A DNA stretch of 64,000 bases from an uncultured cyanobacterium (GCA_963718615.1 OY970368.1:4384001-4448000); one strand, 5' to 3'. Counted from the stretch's first letter, positions 39,155 to 49,998 are shown. Notes: generated by a model from the sequence alone, not told the origin. Numbers and translations are program-made.

Positions 39155-39843
39155 CCCTCTCCCGTTAGGCTATCTGGATCAATCCCCAATTCCCGGAGCT
39201 TTTCAGCAAGGAGATGCGATCGCCTTTCAGCCTGCTCAAGCTGCTTAGCAATCTCGGTATAGCTCAGAAACGGCTTACCCGTCGGATAAAAGACTTGCAT
39301 CCCGTTCCCTGACAAGTCAAATTGAATTTTCAGCCTCGGGCTGATCCATTCCTTCTCGAAGTCAACAAAATCTAGACCTTCTTCACCCCGCAACCAAACG
39401 CGCAACTCGTTAATCTCTGGGTCATAAATATAGTATTCTTCAACCCCATGGCGCTCATAGAAAAGGAGCTTGCGATCCATTTCTGTGGTGGTATTGCCTG
39501 GCGACAAAATCTCAAAAACGACTTGGGGAGCAATGTCATCTTCTTCCCACTGTTTGTAGGAGCCGCGATCGCCCTTAGGCCGACCCAATACAACCATAAC
39601 ATCCGGTGCTGTTCGGCGTTGATTGCGGCCTTGAATCGGATACCAAAGGAGATCTCCGGCAACAAAAACCATGGGATCGTCAGCAAAGAGAACGTCTAAG
39701 TTTTTCTTGAGTAAGACAATCCACTCAAATTGTTTCGTGTTGTCTGCCATGGGTTGGCCATCGCTATCAGGATAAAAAATATCGGTATCGGCAACCGATT
39801 GGTCCTGAGGAGATTTGATTGTGGTTTCGAGCTGTCTTACCAT
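39151..39843 (-). CDS. Uma2-family (DUF820) endonuclease-fold protein
   Basis: YPDSDGQPMADNT, APDVMV, VFEILSPGN, GVEEYYIYDP. Confidence 0.92.
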   Translation of the reverse strand: MVRQLETTIKSPQDQSVADTDIFYPDSDGQPMADNTKQFEWIVLLKKNLDVLFADDPMVFVAGDLLWYPIQGRNQRRTAPDVMVVLGRPKGDRGSYKQWEEDDIAPQVVFEILSPGNTTTEMDRKLLFYERHGVEEYYIYDPEINELRVWLRGEEGLDFVDFEKEWISPRLKIQFDLSGNGMQVFYPTGKPFLSYTEIAKQLEQAERRSHLLAEKLRELGIDPDSLTGEG

Positions 39844-39938
39844 GTCTTTTGCAGCACCGGAACAGCGCTTGGTGAAGCAATAGTTTCAATTTAGCATGGA
39901 GGTTGTGGGGCTTTTGCGGGAGACTCTGGAGCCATAAA

Positions 39939-39987
39939 AAAGTTGATGGGTTTTGAAGCACAATTTTTCGCCTCAAACCATCAACTC
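39939..39987 (-). terminator. Hairpin terminator after the coiled-coil gene
   Basis: AGTTGATGG...CCATCAACT stem with a T-run on the minus strand. Confidence 0.55.
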
Positions 39988-40001
39988 CTGCCGTAGATTT
40001 C

Positions 40002-40409
40002 CTAGGCCACGCTGTCGTTGCCAATGTGACGGACAAGGTAGTCCATGATCCGGTCTGTGCGGCGCATGTGGGCCTCAAATAGTCCTTTCATGTGCTGGAC
40101 CTCTGCAATGAGGTTGCTCACCTGTAGCCGAAGGTGTTCGAAGGCGTTTTCGTAGTTTTGCATTTGGTCCCCTAAGTTGAGGACCATTTGGGTGATTTGG
40201 ATGACCTCGCCGTTGAGCTGTCGTTGGATGCCGTCAACCCGCTGGTCTAGGCGGGCGATGTCATTCTTCACTTCAGCAATGTCTTGTTTCAACTCCTGAC
40301 GCAGGTCGCCCATCTCCTGATGCAGATCAGCCTGTCCCTGTTTCAGGGTGGACACGTCTGCCACGAGGGCGACGATCGCGGATTCAATTCGATCTAGCTG
40401 TTCACTCAT
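40002..40409 (-). CDS. Coiled-coil hypothetical protein
   Basis: Heptad periodicity throughout; GAGG RBS. Confidence 0.7.
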   Translation of the reverse strand: MSEQLDRIESAIVALVADVSTLKQGQADLHQEMGDLRQELKQDIAEVKNDIARLDQRVDGIQRQLNGEVIQITQMVLNLGDQMQNYENAFEHLRLQVSNLIAEVQHMKGLFEAHMRRTDRIMDYLVRHIGNDSVA

Positions 40410-40446
40410 GGCTGCTTTCCTCGTCTCTTAAATTTAGTATTCATCC

Positions 40447-40689
40447 TCAACAAGACGCTCTACGGAGGAATGCGGGAGATTCTGGGGCAACGGGGGCAGC
40501 TTCCTCAGTTCCTAAGGCTCTATAATTTTGCCCCACTCTGACAGACCAATATCGACCAACTTTTTTGAAATGGAGAGACGGATGAGAAGAATTTTTCTTA
40601 AGCAACTCATAGGACTGATCAGCAGTTTTCTGCACGGCTTTAGAGAGTTTGTCGTAACATTCCCAAAATTTGCGAGTTGTGCAGTGCAT
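40447..40689 (-). pseudogene. ParE/RelE-like toxin with its C-terminus replaced
   Basis: TTRKFWECY..L, HPSLHFKKV, WSVRVG..YRALG; the usual WFWIG.H tail is absent. Confidence 0.75.
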
Positions 40690-40889
40690 TAGATTTCTCG
40701 ATATTGACCTGCTGCGAATTCAGCGATCGCCTCTTCCGCCAAGGCATCCAGTTTCCCCTCTGTAATATCCTTTTCCAACTGTTCGTCCCAACGTTGATAA
40801 TCGAGGTCGAGAAACCATTCCAGTAGCAATTGGAATTGCTCGGGGGGCAGATCAAGAATCGCAGATTCAATTTGCTCAACAGTTGACAT
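40689..40889 (-). CDS. Putative antitoxin
   Basis: MSTVEQIESAILDLP...WDEQLEKDITEGKLDALAEEA; TAATG overlap with the toxin gene. Confidence 0.8.
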   Translation of the reverse strand: MSTVEQIESAILDLPPEQFQLLLEWFLDLDYQRWDEQLEKDITEGKLDALAEEAIAEFAAGQYREI

Positions 40890-40970
40890 AGTTTTTACTC
40901 AATTACAGGAACGAGGAATTTGAGAAACTTCCCAACCGGACAGAACAATTTCCGTCCGGTCATCAGCCTA

Positions 40971-41294
40971 TTAGGAGCGTTGACGAAATCCCTGAACAAT
41001 CAAATCGATCAGCGAAATCTTGAGTGCTGAATACACTAGGATCAATGTCCGTCCCGCAATATGAAAGTTGACAAGCCAACGAGGATATTGCTTATCTATC
41101 AGGTCATTGCGAACTTCATAAAGGTCACCGAGCCATTCCTCACGCCGATCCGCTGGAAATAAACAGATAACTGGATACGCTAACCAACGATCGGCCCAGG
41201 TTTGATACTCTGGAGCATCCTGGGGATAACCTTGAATAGAAAAAGGCTTTAACTGGCTTGCCTTCAATTCAGCAAACTGAGTCGGAGAGACCAT
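40971..41294 (-). CDS. PadR-associated hypothetical protein
   Basis: REEWLGDLYE motif resembles permease-prefix-type PadR partners; directly follows the PadR gene. Confidence 0.55.
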   Translation of the reverse strand: MVSPTQFAELKASQLKPFSIQGYPQDAPEYQTWADRWLAYPVICLFPADRREEWLGDLYEVRNDLIDKQYPRWLVNFHIAGRTLILVYSALKISLIDLIVQGFRQRS

Positions 41295-41310
41295 AATCGT
41301 CAACCTAATC

Positions 41311-41670
41311 TCAGACGGGTTGCCATGCCATAAGATCTGCACGGAAGAGTTCGGCTTCCCTAAGGACTGCTTCGCCCAATCCAGTAACGTGGTAGTAGCG
41401 GCGACGTGCTCCACCCCGCTCTGAACGCTCTTCATCTCCCCAACGGGATTGGACCAGACCTTTTTTCTCAAGACTGTGGAGAATCGGGTAGAGCGACCCC
41501 ATCTGGAGCGTTTGCTGACCCCGGCTCGCCTCCTGGATGGCTTGAGGAATTTGGAGACCATAGAGTTCTTTTCCATGGAGAGCCAGTAAAACCAGCTCTT
41601 CTTTTGGGGTGAATTGTGGGGCATTAGCTGGGCCTCGAATTTGAGGAATCTGGTGATTGGGGGAGGACAT
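41311..41670 (-). CDS. PadR-family transcriptional regulator
   Basis: ELYGLQI, GSLYPILHSLEKKGLV, RRRYYHVTGLG. Confidence 0.9.
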   Translation of the reverse strand: MSSPNHQIPQIRGPANAPQFTPKEELVLLALHGKELYGLQIPQAIQEASRGQQTLQMGSLYPILHSLEKKGLVQSRWGDEERSERGGARRRYYHVTGLGEAVLREAELFRADLMAWQPV

Positions 41671-41927
41671 TGTCTGTGGCCTTGGTGGATTGTTTGTATG
41701 GAATTGCGCGCTTTCTTCTCTCATAACTCCTTTCTTGAAACAACGCGCGCTTGTGTTCGACCTTATAAAAATACATTACCTTAAGAAAAAGATAGTTGGG
41801 CAGTTTGTACTGCTTTGAAGTCACCCCGTTAAGCGCTGGTTGAAGTAAGCGGTCCCTCTCGTAGGGGATTTTAAAGTGCAAAGCCAAAGTAGTGTTGTAG
41901 ATCGCTGCAAGAAAACACCTCGCCTCC

Positions 41928-42482
41928 ATGAACCTCTACCTCATCCGCCACGGCATCGCCGCCGAGCGCGGCACCTGCCCCAACGATCGCCACCGTCCCC
42001 TCACCGAAAAAGGAAAAACCAAAACCCGCGCCATCGCCCAACGCCTCCTCCAACTCGACCTCCAATTCGATCGCCTGCTCACCAGCCCCCTCACCCGCGC
42101 CCAGGAAACCGCCCAGCTTTTGCTCGAAGCAGGATTGAGCGATCGCCTAGATATCGCCGATTACCTTGCCCCCGAGGGATCCCTAGAAGATTGCCTTGGC
42201 GACCTGCATCGTCTTGAGGCTCATGGTCTTGAAGCTCACGGTCTTGAAACTCATGGTCTTGAGGCTGGTGATATAGCGATCGCCCTCATCGGCCACGAAC
42301 CCGACCTCAGCCAATGGGCCACTCGGTTAATGTGGGGTGATTTAGCCCAAGCGGACCAAGCTCCTGTTGAACCTCTGCTCCTCAAAAAAGCAGGCATCAT
42401 CGGTCTCAGCCTGCCGACCTCAGGATCAGCCCTGGGACAGAGTCAACTTTTTTGGCTTGCGCCGCCTCGTTTTTTGCGTTAG
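41928..42482 (+). CDS. sixA: Phosphohistidine phosphatase
   Basis: LYLIRHG, RPLTEKG, TSPLTRAQETA, IGHEP. Confidence 0.92.
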   Translation: MNLYLIRHGIAAERGTCPNDRHRPLTEKGKTKTRAIAQRLLQLDLQFDRLLTSPLTRAQETAQLLLEAGLSDRLDIADYLAPEGSLEDCLGDLHRLEAHGLEAHGLETHGLEAGDIAIALIGHEPDLSQWATRLMWGDLAQADQAPVEPLLLKKAGIIGLSLPTSGSALGQSQLFWLAPPRFLR

Positions 42483-42641
42483 CACTTGCCGCGATACCGT
42501 ATTTCTCATCAGACTTTTACTCCGTTTCTAATCAGCGCGATCGCATCAGGGAGCACCTCAGAGTGAAACCCATTCTGCTAAGTTTAGGGTGAGCACTGCT
42601 GTGCATTGCTGTGCGTTGCAATTAGGAGACTTCCAGACACT

Positions 42642-43841
42642 ATGACGCTAACTGAGTGTTTTAAGCCGGGCTTAGCGGATGTACCCGCAGCGTTATCAAG
42701 CATTAGCCATGTCGATGGTCAACATGGTGTCTTGGAATATCGCGGCATCTCTGTCGAAGCGCTCGCGAAACACAGCTCGTTCCTAGAGACCTGTTATTTG
42801 CTGATCTGGGGAGAATTGCCTTCCCTGGAAGAACTACAAAGTTTCGAGCACGAGATCCGCTATCATCGGCGTCTCAAGTATCGCATCCGGGACATGATGA
42901 AATGCTTCCCCGAAAGCGGTCACCCCATGGATGCACTCCAGTCCTGTGCGGCGGCCCTGGGGCTATTTTACTCTCGGCGGGCCTTGGATAATCCGGAATA
43001 TATCCGGGCAGCGGTCGTCCGGCTCCTAGCGAAAATCCCGACCATGGTGGCAGCGTTCCAGATGATGCGCAAGGGCAACGACCCGGTGCAGCCCCGCGAT
43101 GATTTGGACTATGCGGCTAACTTCCTTTACATGCTCAACGAGCGGGAACCGGATCCCATTGCCGCCAAAATTTTTGACGTCTGTCTGATTCTCCACGCCG
43201 AGCACACCATGAACGCCTCCACGTTCTCGGCGCGGGTGACGGCTTCGACGCTAACCGATCCCTATGCCGTGATCGCCTCCGCCGTGGGCACCTTGGCCGG
43301 ACCGCTCCATGGAGGAGCCAATGAGGAAGTGATCGAAATGCTGGAGGCCATCGGCTCGGTGGACCGGGTCGAAGCCTTCATCGACGAGCGTATCCAAAAC
43401 AAAGAAAAAATCATGGGGTTTGGCCACCGGGTTTACAAAGTTAAGGATCCTCGGGCGGTGATTTTGCAGGACCTGGCGGAGAAGCTCTTTGATGAGGTGG
43501 GGGGCGATCGCTACTACGACATCGCCGTGGAAGTGGAACGGGTCGTCACCGATCGCCTCGGCGGCAAGGGGATCTATCCCAATGTCGATTTTTATTCCGG
43601 CTTAGTCTATCAGCGCTTAGGGATTCCTAACGATCTGTTTACCCCTGTGTTCGCGATCGCCCGTGTCGGCGGCTGGCTAGCCCACTGGAAGGCCCAACTG
43701 GCAGAAAACCGCATCTTCCGCCCCACCCAGATCTACACCGGCAACCATAGCGTGCCCTATGTGCCCATTGGTGAACGGCCCCTGGGTGAGCGATCGCTCA
43801 CCCCCGTGGCAGCGGTGGGTTCTCAAAATGGCAAACATTAA
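42642..43841 (+). CDS. gltA: Citrate synthase
   Basis: HAEHTMNASTF, GPLHGGAN, MGFGHRVYK, YPNVDFYSG. Confidence 0.97.
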   Translation: MTLTECFKPGLADVPAALSSISHVDGQHGVLEYRGISVEALAKHSSFLETCYLLIWGELPSLEELQSFEHEIRYHRRLKYRIRDMMKCFPESGHPMDALQSCAAALGLFYSRRALDNPEYIRAAVVRLLAKIPTMVAAFQMMRKGNDPVQPRDDLDYAANFLYMLNEREPDPIAAKIFDVCLILHAEHTMNASTFSARVTASTLTDPYAVIASAVGTLAGPLHGGANEEVIEMLEAIGSVDRVEAFIDERIQNKEKIMGFGHRVYKVKDPRAVILQDLAEKLFDEVGGDRYYDIAVEVERVVTDRLGGKGIYPNVDFYSGLVYQRLGIPNDLFTPVFAIARVGGWLAHWKAQLAENRIFRPTQIYTGNHSVPYVPIGERPLGERSLTPVAAVGSQNGKH

Positions 43842-44060
43842 TCAGACTCAATCCTAGGCCCCAGGCTAAAGAAAAACCTCTGCTGGCCTGACTCTGCCGG
43901 AGGTAGAAAATCCTGCGATCGCTTCCCGACCAGCGATATACTACTAGCGAGTCTGTAAACAAACTTCAAGCCACCGCTGGGATTCCCCTTGGGGATGACT
44001 CTTCCCAGTCCGTTAGCTTGGGAACGCACTTTCGGAAATCCCCCTGAGCCTCAGTAACCC

Positions 44061-45179
44061 ATGAATTCAGGAATTGACCTCCAGGGAACGTTTATTCGTT
44101 CGCTCATCGACCTCGGCCTGCCTCCAGGGCTCGCCAAGGTATTTTGGATGCCGCTGCCGATGCTGCTGATGATTATTGGCGCAACGGTCGGCTTGCTCAC
44201 CTGCGTTTGGCTAGAGCGAAAGATTTCAGCGGCGGCTCAGCAGCGGGTCGGTCCCGAATATGCCGGTCCCTTGGGCACCTTGCAGCCTGCGGTGGATGGG
44301 ATCAAGCTGATTTTTAAGGAAGATATTATCCCCGGCAAGGCCGACACCTTGCTGTTTACGCTGGGTCCCATCCTAGTCATCCTGCCGGTTTTTGTCTCCT
44401 ACCTGATTGTCCCCTTCGGACAAAATATGGTGATTACCAATGTTGGGCTAGGCGTTTTTCTGTGGATTTCGCTATCTAGCATCCAGCCCATTGGTCTGCT
44501 GATGTCGGGCTATGCGTCCAATAATAAATATTCGCTCCTGGGCGGTCTAAGGGCAGCAGCCCAGTCGATTAGCTACGAAATTCCCCTGGCCTTGGCGGTT
44601 TTGGCGATCGTCATGATGTCCAATTCCCTCAGCACGATTGATATCGTCAATCAGCAGTCGAGCTACGGCATTTTGGGCTGGAATGTTTGGCGGCAACCTG
44701 TGGGCTTCGTGATTTTCTGGATTGCAGCTTTGGCGGAATGCGAACGCTTGCCTTTTGACTTACCTGAGGCGGAAGAAGAGCTCGTGGCAGGCTATCAAAC
44801 CGAATATTCCGGGATGAAGTTTGCCCTGTTTTATATTGCCTCCTACGTCAACCTCGTGTTGTCAGCGCTGTTAGTATCGGTTCTGTATCTGGGCGGCTGG
44901 GAGTCACCGATTCCGCTCGATCGCCTGGCAGACCTAGTCGGAGTCCCCGCTTCTAACCCCACGCTTCAGATTGTGACGGCCTCGCTGGGCATCTTGATGA
45001 CACTTTTCAAGACCTATCTCTTTGTCTTCCTGGCGATTTTGCTCCGCTGGACCGTCCCCCGCGTGCGCATTGACCAACTGCTGGATCTGGGCTGGAAATT
45101 CCTCTTACCTGTCTCCCTGGTTAACCTTTTGGTCACCGCCGCCCTGAAGCTCAGCTTCCCCGCATTTTTTGGAGGTTAG
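44061..45179 (+). CDS. ndhA: NDH-1 subunit 1
   Basis: [41 protein letters not shown]. Confidence 0.97.
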   Translation: MNSGIDLQGTFIRSLIDLGLPPGLAKVFWMPLPMLLMIIGATVGLLTCVWLERKISAAAQQRVGPEYAGPLGTLQPAVDGIKLIFKEDIIPGKADTLLFTLGPILVILPVFVSYLIVPFGQNMVITNVGLGVFLWISLSSIQPIGLLMSGYASNNKYSLLGGLRAAAQSISYEIPLALAVLAIVMMSNSLSTIDIVNQQSSYGILGWNVWRQPVGFVIFWIAALAECERLPFDLPEAEEELVAGYQTEYSGMKFALFYIASYVNLVLSALLVSVLYLGGWESPIPLDRLADLVGVPASNPTLQIVTASLGILMTLFKTYLFVFLAILLRWTVPRVRIDQLLDLGWKFLLPVSLVNLLVTAALKLSFPAFFGG

Positions 45180-45190
45180 ACGTACCCACC

Positions 45191-45772
45191 ATGATGAAAT
45201 TTCTCAAACAGGTTGGAGACTACGCCAAGGAAAGCGTCCAAGCCGCCAAATACATTGGCCAGGGCCTTTCGGTGACCTTCGACCATATGAAGCGCCGCCC
45301 GGTCACGGTCCAATATCCCTACGAAAAGCTCATTCCCTCGGAGCGCTATCGGGGCCGGATTCATTTTGAGTTTGATAAGTGTATTGCCTGCGAAGTCTGC
45401 GTGCGGGTTTGTCCGATTAACCTGCCGGTGGTGGACTGGGAATTTAACAAAGACATCAAGAAAAAGCAGCTCAAACACTACAGCATTGACTTTGGCGTCT
45501 GTATTTTCTGCGGCAACTGCGTGGAGTATTGCCCCACCAACTGTCTGTCCATGACCGAAGAGTACGAGCTCGCCACCTACGATCGCCACGAACTCAACTA
45601 CGACAGCGTTGCCCTCGGTCGCTTGCCCTATAAAGTCACCGATGATCCCATGGTCACGCCCCTACGGGAACTGGCCTACCTGCCCAAGGGCGTCATGGAT
45701 CCCCATGATTTACCCAAAGGCTCCCAGCGACCGGGGCGTCGGCCTGAGGAAATCGCGCAAGATGCGCAATAG
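45191..45772 (+). CDS. ndhI: NDH-1 subunit I
   Basis: [12 protein letters not shown] and [12 protein letters not shown] clusters. Confidence 0.97.
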   Translation: MMKFLKQVGDYAKESVQAAKYIGQGLSVTFDHMKRRPVTVQYPYEKLIPSERYRGRIHFEFDKCIACEVCVRVCPINLPVVDWEFNKDIKKKQLKHYSIDFGVCIFCGNCVEYCPTNCLSMTEEYELATYDRHELNYDSVALGRLPYKVTDDPMVTPLRELAYLPKGVMDPHDLPKGSQRPGRRPEEIAQDAQ

Positions 45773-45813
45773 TCCAAAACAGCACGAGTATCGAGCACAA
45801 CGAGGCATTCAAC

Positions 45814-46413
45814 GTGAATCTGGCGGAAGGCGTTCAATTGGTATCCTTCATCATCCTCTCGGTGATGATGATCGTGGCGGCTTTAGGCGTAGTCCTGAGT
45901 CCCAGCGTGGTTTATGCGGCCTTCCTGCTGGGGGGCGTATTTATTAGTATTTCTGGGCTGTATTTGTTGCTCAATGCCAGCTTTGTGGCAGCGGCCCAGG
46001 TACTGATTTATGTGGGTGCGGTCAACGTCTTGATTCTGTTTGCCATCATGCTGGTGAACAAACGGGAAGACTTTCGTCCTGTCAAATACACGGTGATTCG
46101 TAAGTTGATTACCGGGGCGGTTTGTTCAGGCTTGTTTTTGCTCCTGGGCGCAACGATTGTGACGACGCCTTGGGCTTACTCAACGGAAGCGGCTGCGGGA
46201 GATGAAGCTATTTATCTGATTGGGGAGCATTTCTTCACGGATTTCCTCTTACCCTTTGAGCTAGCCTCGATACTGTTGTTGATGGCGTTGATTGGGGCGA
46301 TCGTCCTGGCCCGTCGCGACTATTTGCCCGATGCAGCCTTGACCTCGGACCAAGACAATCTGAAGCTACCCGAACGTCCCCGTGAGCTGATCTCGGCGGG
46401 TCAAGAAAAGTAA
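45814..46413 (+). CDS. ndhG: NDH-1 subunit 6
   Basis: AQVLIYVGAVNVL, LLPFELAS. Confidence 0.96.
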   Translation: MNLAEGVQLVSFIILSVMMIVAALGVVLSPSVVYAAFLLGGVFISISGLYLLLNASFVAAAQVLIYVGAVNVLILFAIMLVNKREDFRPVKYTVIRKLITGAVCSGLFLLLGATIVTTPWAYSTEAAAGDEAIYLIGEHFFTDFLLPFELASILLLMALIGAIVLARRDYLPDAALTSDQDNLKLPERPRELISAGQEK

Positions 46414-46491
46414 CCATTCAGTCATCCTTGGGATTGTGAGGTTGACAGAGTTTTTGACAGAGTTTTTGACGGAGTTTTCGGAGAACTATCC

Positions 46492-46797
46492 ATGCAGCTT
46501 CAGTACTTTTTGCTTTTAGCCGCGGCCCTGTTTTGTATTGGTGTCTATGGTCTGGTGACTAGCCGTAATGCCGTCCGCGTGTTGATGTCCATCGAGCTGA
46601 TGCTGAATGCGGTCAATATCAACCTCATGGCGTTTTCGAACTATCTGGACCCGGCGGTGATTAAGGGCCAAATTTTTGCGGTATTTGTGATTACGGTAGC
46701 GGCGGCAGAGGCGGCGGTTGGCTTGGCGATCTTGCTGGCCATTTACCGCAACCGCGACACGGTGGATATGGAGCAATTTAACCTGCTGAAGTGGTAG
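46492..46797 (+). CDS. ndhE: NDH-1 subunit 4L
   Basis: [18 protein letters not shown]. Confidence 0.97.
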   Translation: MQLQYFLLLAAALFCIGVYGLVTSRNAVRVLMSIELMLNAVNINLMAFSNYLDPAVIKGQIFAVFVITVAAAEAAVGLAILLAIYRNRDTVDMEQFNLLKW

Positions 46798-46828
46798 CAG
46801 CCCGGAATTTTTTGGAGTTTTTGAATTC

Positions 46829-47749
46829 GTGGAGCTGCGCAATGCGATCGTGGCCTATCGATCGGGCCATAGCCTGAGTAAAAAATGGGCTGAGCGCTGT
46901 GCTCAAGAATTGGAAGCCCTGGGCTGCCGCGTGCTTCTAGGACCCAGTGGGGCGAAGGACAATCCCTATCCCGTGTTTTTGGCTTCTGCGATAGATGCTA
47001 TTGATCTGGCGATCGTGATGGGTGGAGATGGGACTGCCCTTGCCGCCGCAAGACATTTGGCCCCGGCAGATATCCCGATTTTGGCCATCAAGATTGGCGG
47101 GCATCTGGGTTTTTTGACAGAGCCTTTTGATTTATTCCAAGACACCCAGGCCGTCTGGCAACGCCTGTTAGGAGACCGCTATGCCATTGAACGGCGGATG
47201 ATGCTCCAGGCGACGTTGCAGCATGGGCTGTGGACAGAAGTGGATGAGGGGGGCGATCGCTTCTACGCCCTCAATGAATTTTGTATTAAACCCGGCTCGG
47301 TCGATCGCATGCCCACATCAATTCTGGAAGTGGAAGTCGATGGAGAAATGATTGACCAATACCATGGGGATGGCCTATTAGTTGCTACACCGACAGGTTC
47401 CACGGGCTACACGGTCTCGGCCAACGGCCCTATTGTTCATCCGGGCATGGATGCGCTGATTATGACGCCGCTCTGCCCGCTGAGTCTTTCCAGCCGCCCC
47501 GTCGTGATTCCGTCGGGGTCTACGGTGAGCGTGTGGCCACTGATGGATCCGGACTTGACGACAAAGCTGTGGATGGATGGGGTTTTGTCCACGCCAATTT
47601 GGCCGGGGCAGCGGGTAGATATTCGTCAGGCGGATTGTCGGGCAAAGTTTATCATTCTGCGGGAACGTTATTCGTTTTATCAAACCCTGCGGGAGAAGTT
47701 GCAGTGGGCGGGTGCTAGGTTTCGGTACACGGAGCATCATCAGAATTAG
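46829..47749 (+). CDS. NAD(+) kinase
   Basis: GGDGT, ALNE, GDGLLVATPTGSTGY. Confidence 0.95.
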   Translation: MELRNAIVAYRSGHSLSKKWAERCAQELEALGCRVLLGPSGAKDNPYPVFLASAIDAIDLAIVMGGDGTALAAARHLAPADIPILAIKIGGHLGFLTEPFDLFQDTQAVWQRLLGDRYAIERRMMLQATLQHGLWTEVDEGGDRFYALNEFCIKPGSVDRMPTSILEVEVDGEMIDQYHGDGLLVATPTGSTGYTVSANGPIVHPGMDALIMTPLCPLSLSSRPVVIPSGSTVSVWPLMDPDLTTKLWMDGVLSTPIWPGQRVDIRQADCRAKFIILRERYSFYQTLREKLQWAGARFRYTEHHQN

Positions 47750-47886
47750 TCTAGGGAAAGACTAACTAATTGCTAATTGACTGAATGGCTTAACACCACT
47801 GGTACATCTTGCTCACACAATCCAGTGAGTGCAGTACAGGCACAACGTTAAAGGCAAAAGTGCCTCTTATAGGTCGTTTGACAAGG

Positions 47887-48627
47887 TTACAAAATTTCTA
47901 ATTCGTCCCAACCCTTGAGAAGTATATCTGCTCCGGCGATCGCCCCCAACGCCTCCCACCCCCATAACACCCCGATCGCCCCCGCAGCCCCCGCCCCCGT
48001 CGCCATCGTCAGATCTCCCTCCGCATCCCCAAACATTAACGTTTGGCGAGGATGGACCCCTAGCTTTTCACACACCGCCCGATAGGCCAGCGGATCGGGC
48101 TTGGCTGGTTCACAGTCATTTCCCCAAACAAGAGCCACCTGTTTGGCTAAGCCTTGGCAATCCAGAAAATCGAGAATATTGGCCGTCACATCCGCAGAAA
48201 TCACGCCAATCTGGACCTGGGCTTGGGTCAATTGGCTCAGAATCGGTCGGGCTTCGGGGAACAGGCGGGTGGTTTCGGCTTTGCGGGGCATGGGTTGGTC
48301 CGCTGCTTGGAAAGCCGTTTGGGCTAGGGCGATCGCCTCATACCACCCATACCCCTTCGCCGCCACATAGGTTGCTGCCGCCAGCGTCGTCTCCCGCCGC
48401 GAAGACACCGCCAGAAGCCCTGCCGGATTGAACTGTCCCTCTGCCCCAAACCCAAAGGCTCGCAACAAATCCGCCTCCACGCCCGGAACCCGCATTTCCA
48501 AACAGCGGGCTCTGTGCTGCCCCAACAATTTCAAATAGCTCGCCGAATCGGCCAGGGTACCGTCCTTATCAAAAAATACGGCTTGGATATCTCTAAACTC
48601 CCTCGCACCGCACCGAATAGTGGCCAT
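47887..48627 (-). CDS. HAD-family hydrolase
   Basis: FDKDGTL, KPDP, MFGD. Confidence 0.9.
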   Translation of the reverse strand: MATIRCGAREFRDIQAVFFDKDGTLADSASYLKLLGQHRARCLEMRVPGVEADLLRAFGFGAEGQFNPAGLLAVSSRRETTLAAATYVAAKGYGWYEAIALAQTAFQAADQPMPRKAETTRLFPEARPILSQLTQAQVQIGVISADVTANILDFLDCQGLAKQVALVWGNDCEPAKPDPLAYRAVCEKLGVHPRQTLMFGDAEGDLTMATGAGAAGAIGVLWGWEALGAIAGADILLKGWDELEIL

Positions 48628-48768
48628 CTAGATATCACTCCCCTGCTGAAAAAATCATCAACATGATCAAAAATAAAATCATCAAAAATCCCCTGGTCAA
48701 TGGGGCCAGGGGAAAGTGTTCGCGTATCAGAATGCCAAACTAGACAAGGGGACGAATCCCCCAATCTT

Positions 48769-49752
48769 TTATTCTTCTTCGTCTACCACACTCTCGACTT
48801 CTTCTTCATACTCTTCTTCTTCCGCTACAGCCTCATTCGGGTCAATGCCCTGCTGCTTCATGCGCATTTGCTCGCGATATTTCTCGGCCATTTCCTCGGC
48901 TTTGTCGTAGACAACCTGAGGATTCTTGACCATATCACCTGGTTCCGGCTCAAGCTGCTTGGTAGACAGCGAAATCCGTCCCCGCTCTGCGTCTAGGTCG
49001 ATGATCATGACTTTGACTTCGTCGTTCACATTGAAAACGTTGTGAGGCGTTTCAATATGATCGTGGGAAATTTCGGAGATGTGCAGCAGACCACTGACGC
49101 CGCCGATGTCAATAAACGCACCGTAGGGCTTGATACCGCGTACCGTACCAATGACAACTTCGCCCACTTCCAAACGGTTCATCTTGCGCTCAACCAGCGC
49201 CCGACGGTGGCTGAGGACCAAACGGTTGCGGTCTTCGTCCACTTCCAAGAACTTCAGAGGCAGCTCTTCCGCCACCAAATCTTCCTTGGGTTTGCGAGTG
49301 CTGATGTGGGAGCCGGGGATAAATCCACGTAACCCTTCAATCCGCACCAGCGCGCCACCTCGGTTGGTGGCAAAGACAGCGGAACGCACAGTGGCGTCTT
49401 CCGCCTGTAGCTGACGCACCCGCTCCCAAGCCCGCATGTATTCGATGCGGCGAATGGAAAGCGTGAGCTGACCATCCTCATTTTCATCGGTGAGAATAAA
49501 GAATTCCCGAGTTTCGTTGGATTGCAGAACCTCATCCGGGCTGTCTACCCGGTTGATCGACATTTCCTGAATGGGAATGTAAGCCGCTGTTTTGGCACCG
49601 ATGTCGATGAGCGCACCACGGGGTTCTAGACTAAACACAGTGCCCGCAACGATGTCGCCGGGGTTAAAGTGATAGTCATACTTATCCAGTAAGGCAGCAA
49701 AATCTTCGTGGGTAAATCCAATATCCGTGGTGATCGTTTCCTGAATGGCCAT
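48769..49752 (-). CDS. rpsA: 30S ribosomal protein S1
   Basis: Three S1 domains (GALIDIG, RGFIPGSH, GLLHISEIS). Confidence 0.96.
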   Translation of the reverse strand: MAIQETITTDIGFTHEDFAALLDKYDYHFNPGDIVAGTVFSLEPRGALIDIGAKTAAYIPIQEMSINRVDSPDEVLQSNETREFFILTDENEDGQLTLSIRRIEYMRAWERVRQLQAEDATVRSAVFATNRGGALVRIEGLRGFIPGSHISTRKPKEDLVAEELPLKFLEVDEDRNRLVLSHRRALVERKMNRLEVGEVVIGTVRGIKPYGAFIDIGGVSGLLHISEISHDHIETPHNVFNVNDEVKVMIIDLDAERGRISLSTKQLEPEPGDMVKNPQVVYDKAEEMAEKYREQMRMKQQGIDPNEAVAEEEEYEEEVESVVDEEE

Positions 49753-49998
49753 GCTAAAGGTTTCCTGGTGAGTCTCCGTGTCCAAGCTGTGAATGAGTTC
49801 ATCGCATGAAGAGACCTTAAACCCATGTAAGCGCGACGGCCAGCCTCACGACATAGGTTCTCAATCTCGCGATGAGTTTAATCCAGATTTATCATCATAG
49901 CGAAAATCGGAAGGAACTCAAAGTACCTTCCTAAGATTCTAAGATTTTTGTTGAGGATGAGGGGTAAGGCAAAAATAAATTCTAGGACTGAATGGGAT

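Noticed and set aside
41295-41624. N-terminal half of the 217-aa ORF 40971-41624
   Set aside because: Overlaps PadR out of frame; the ATG at 41294 is the more plausible start.
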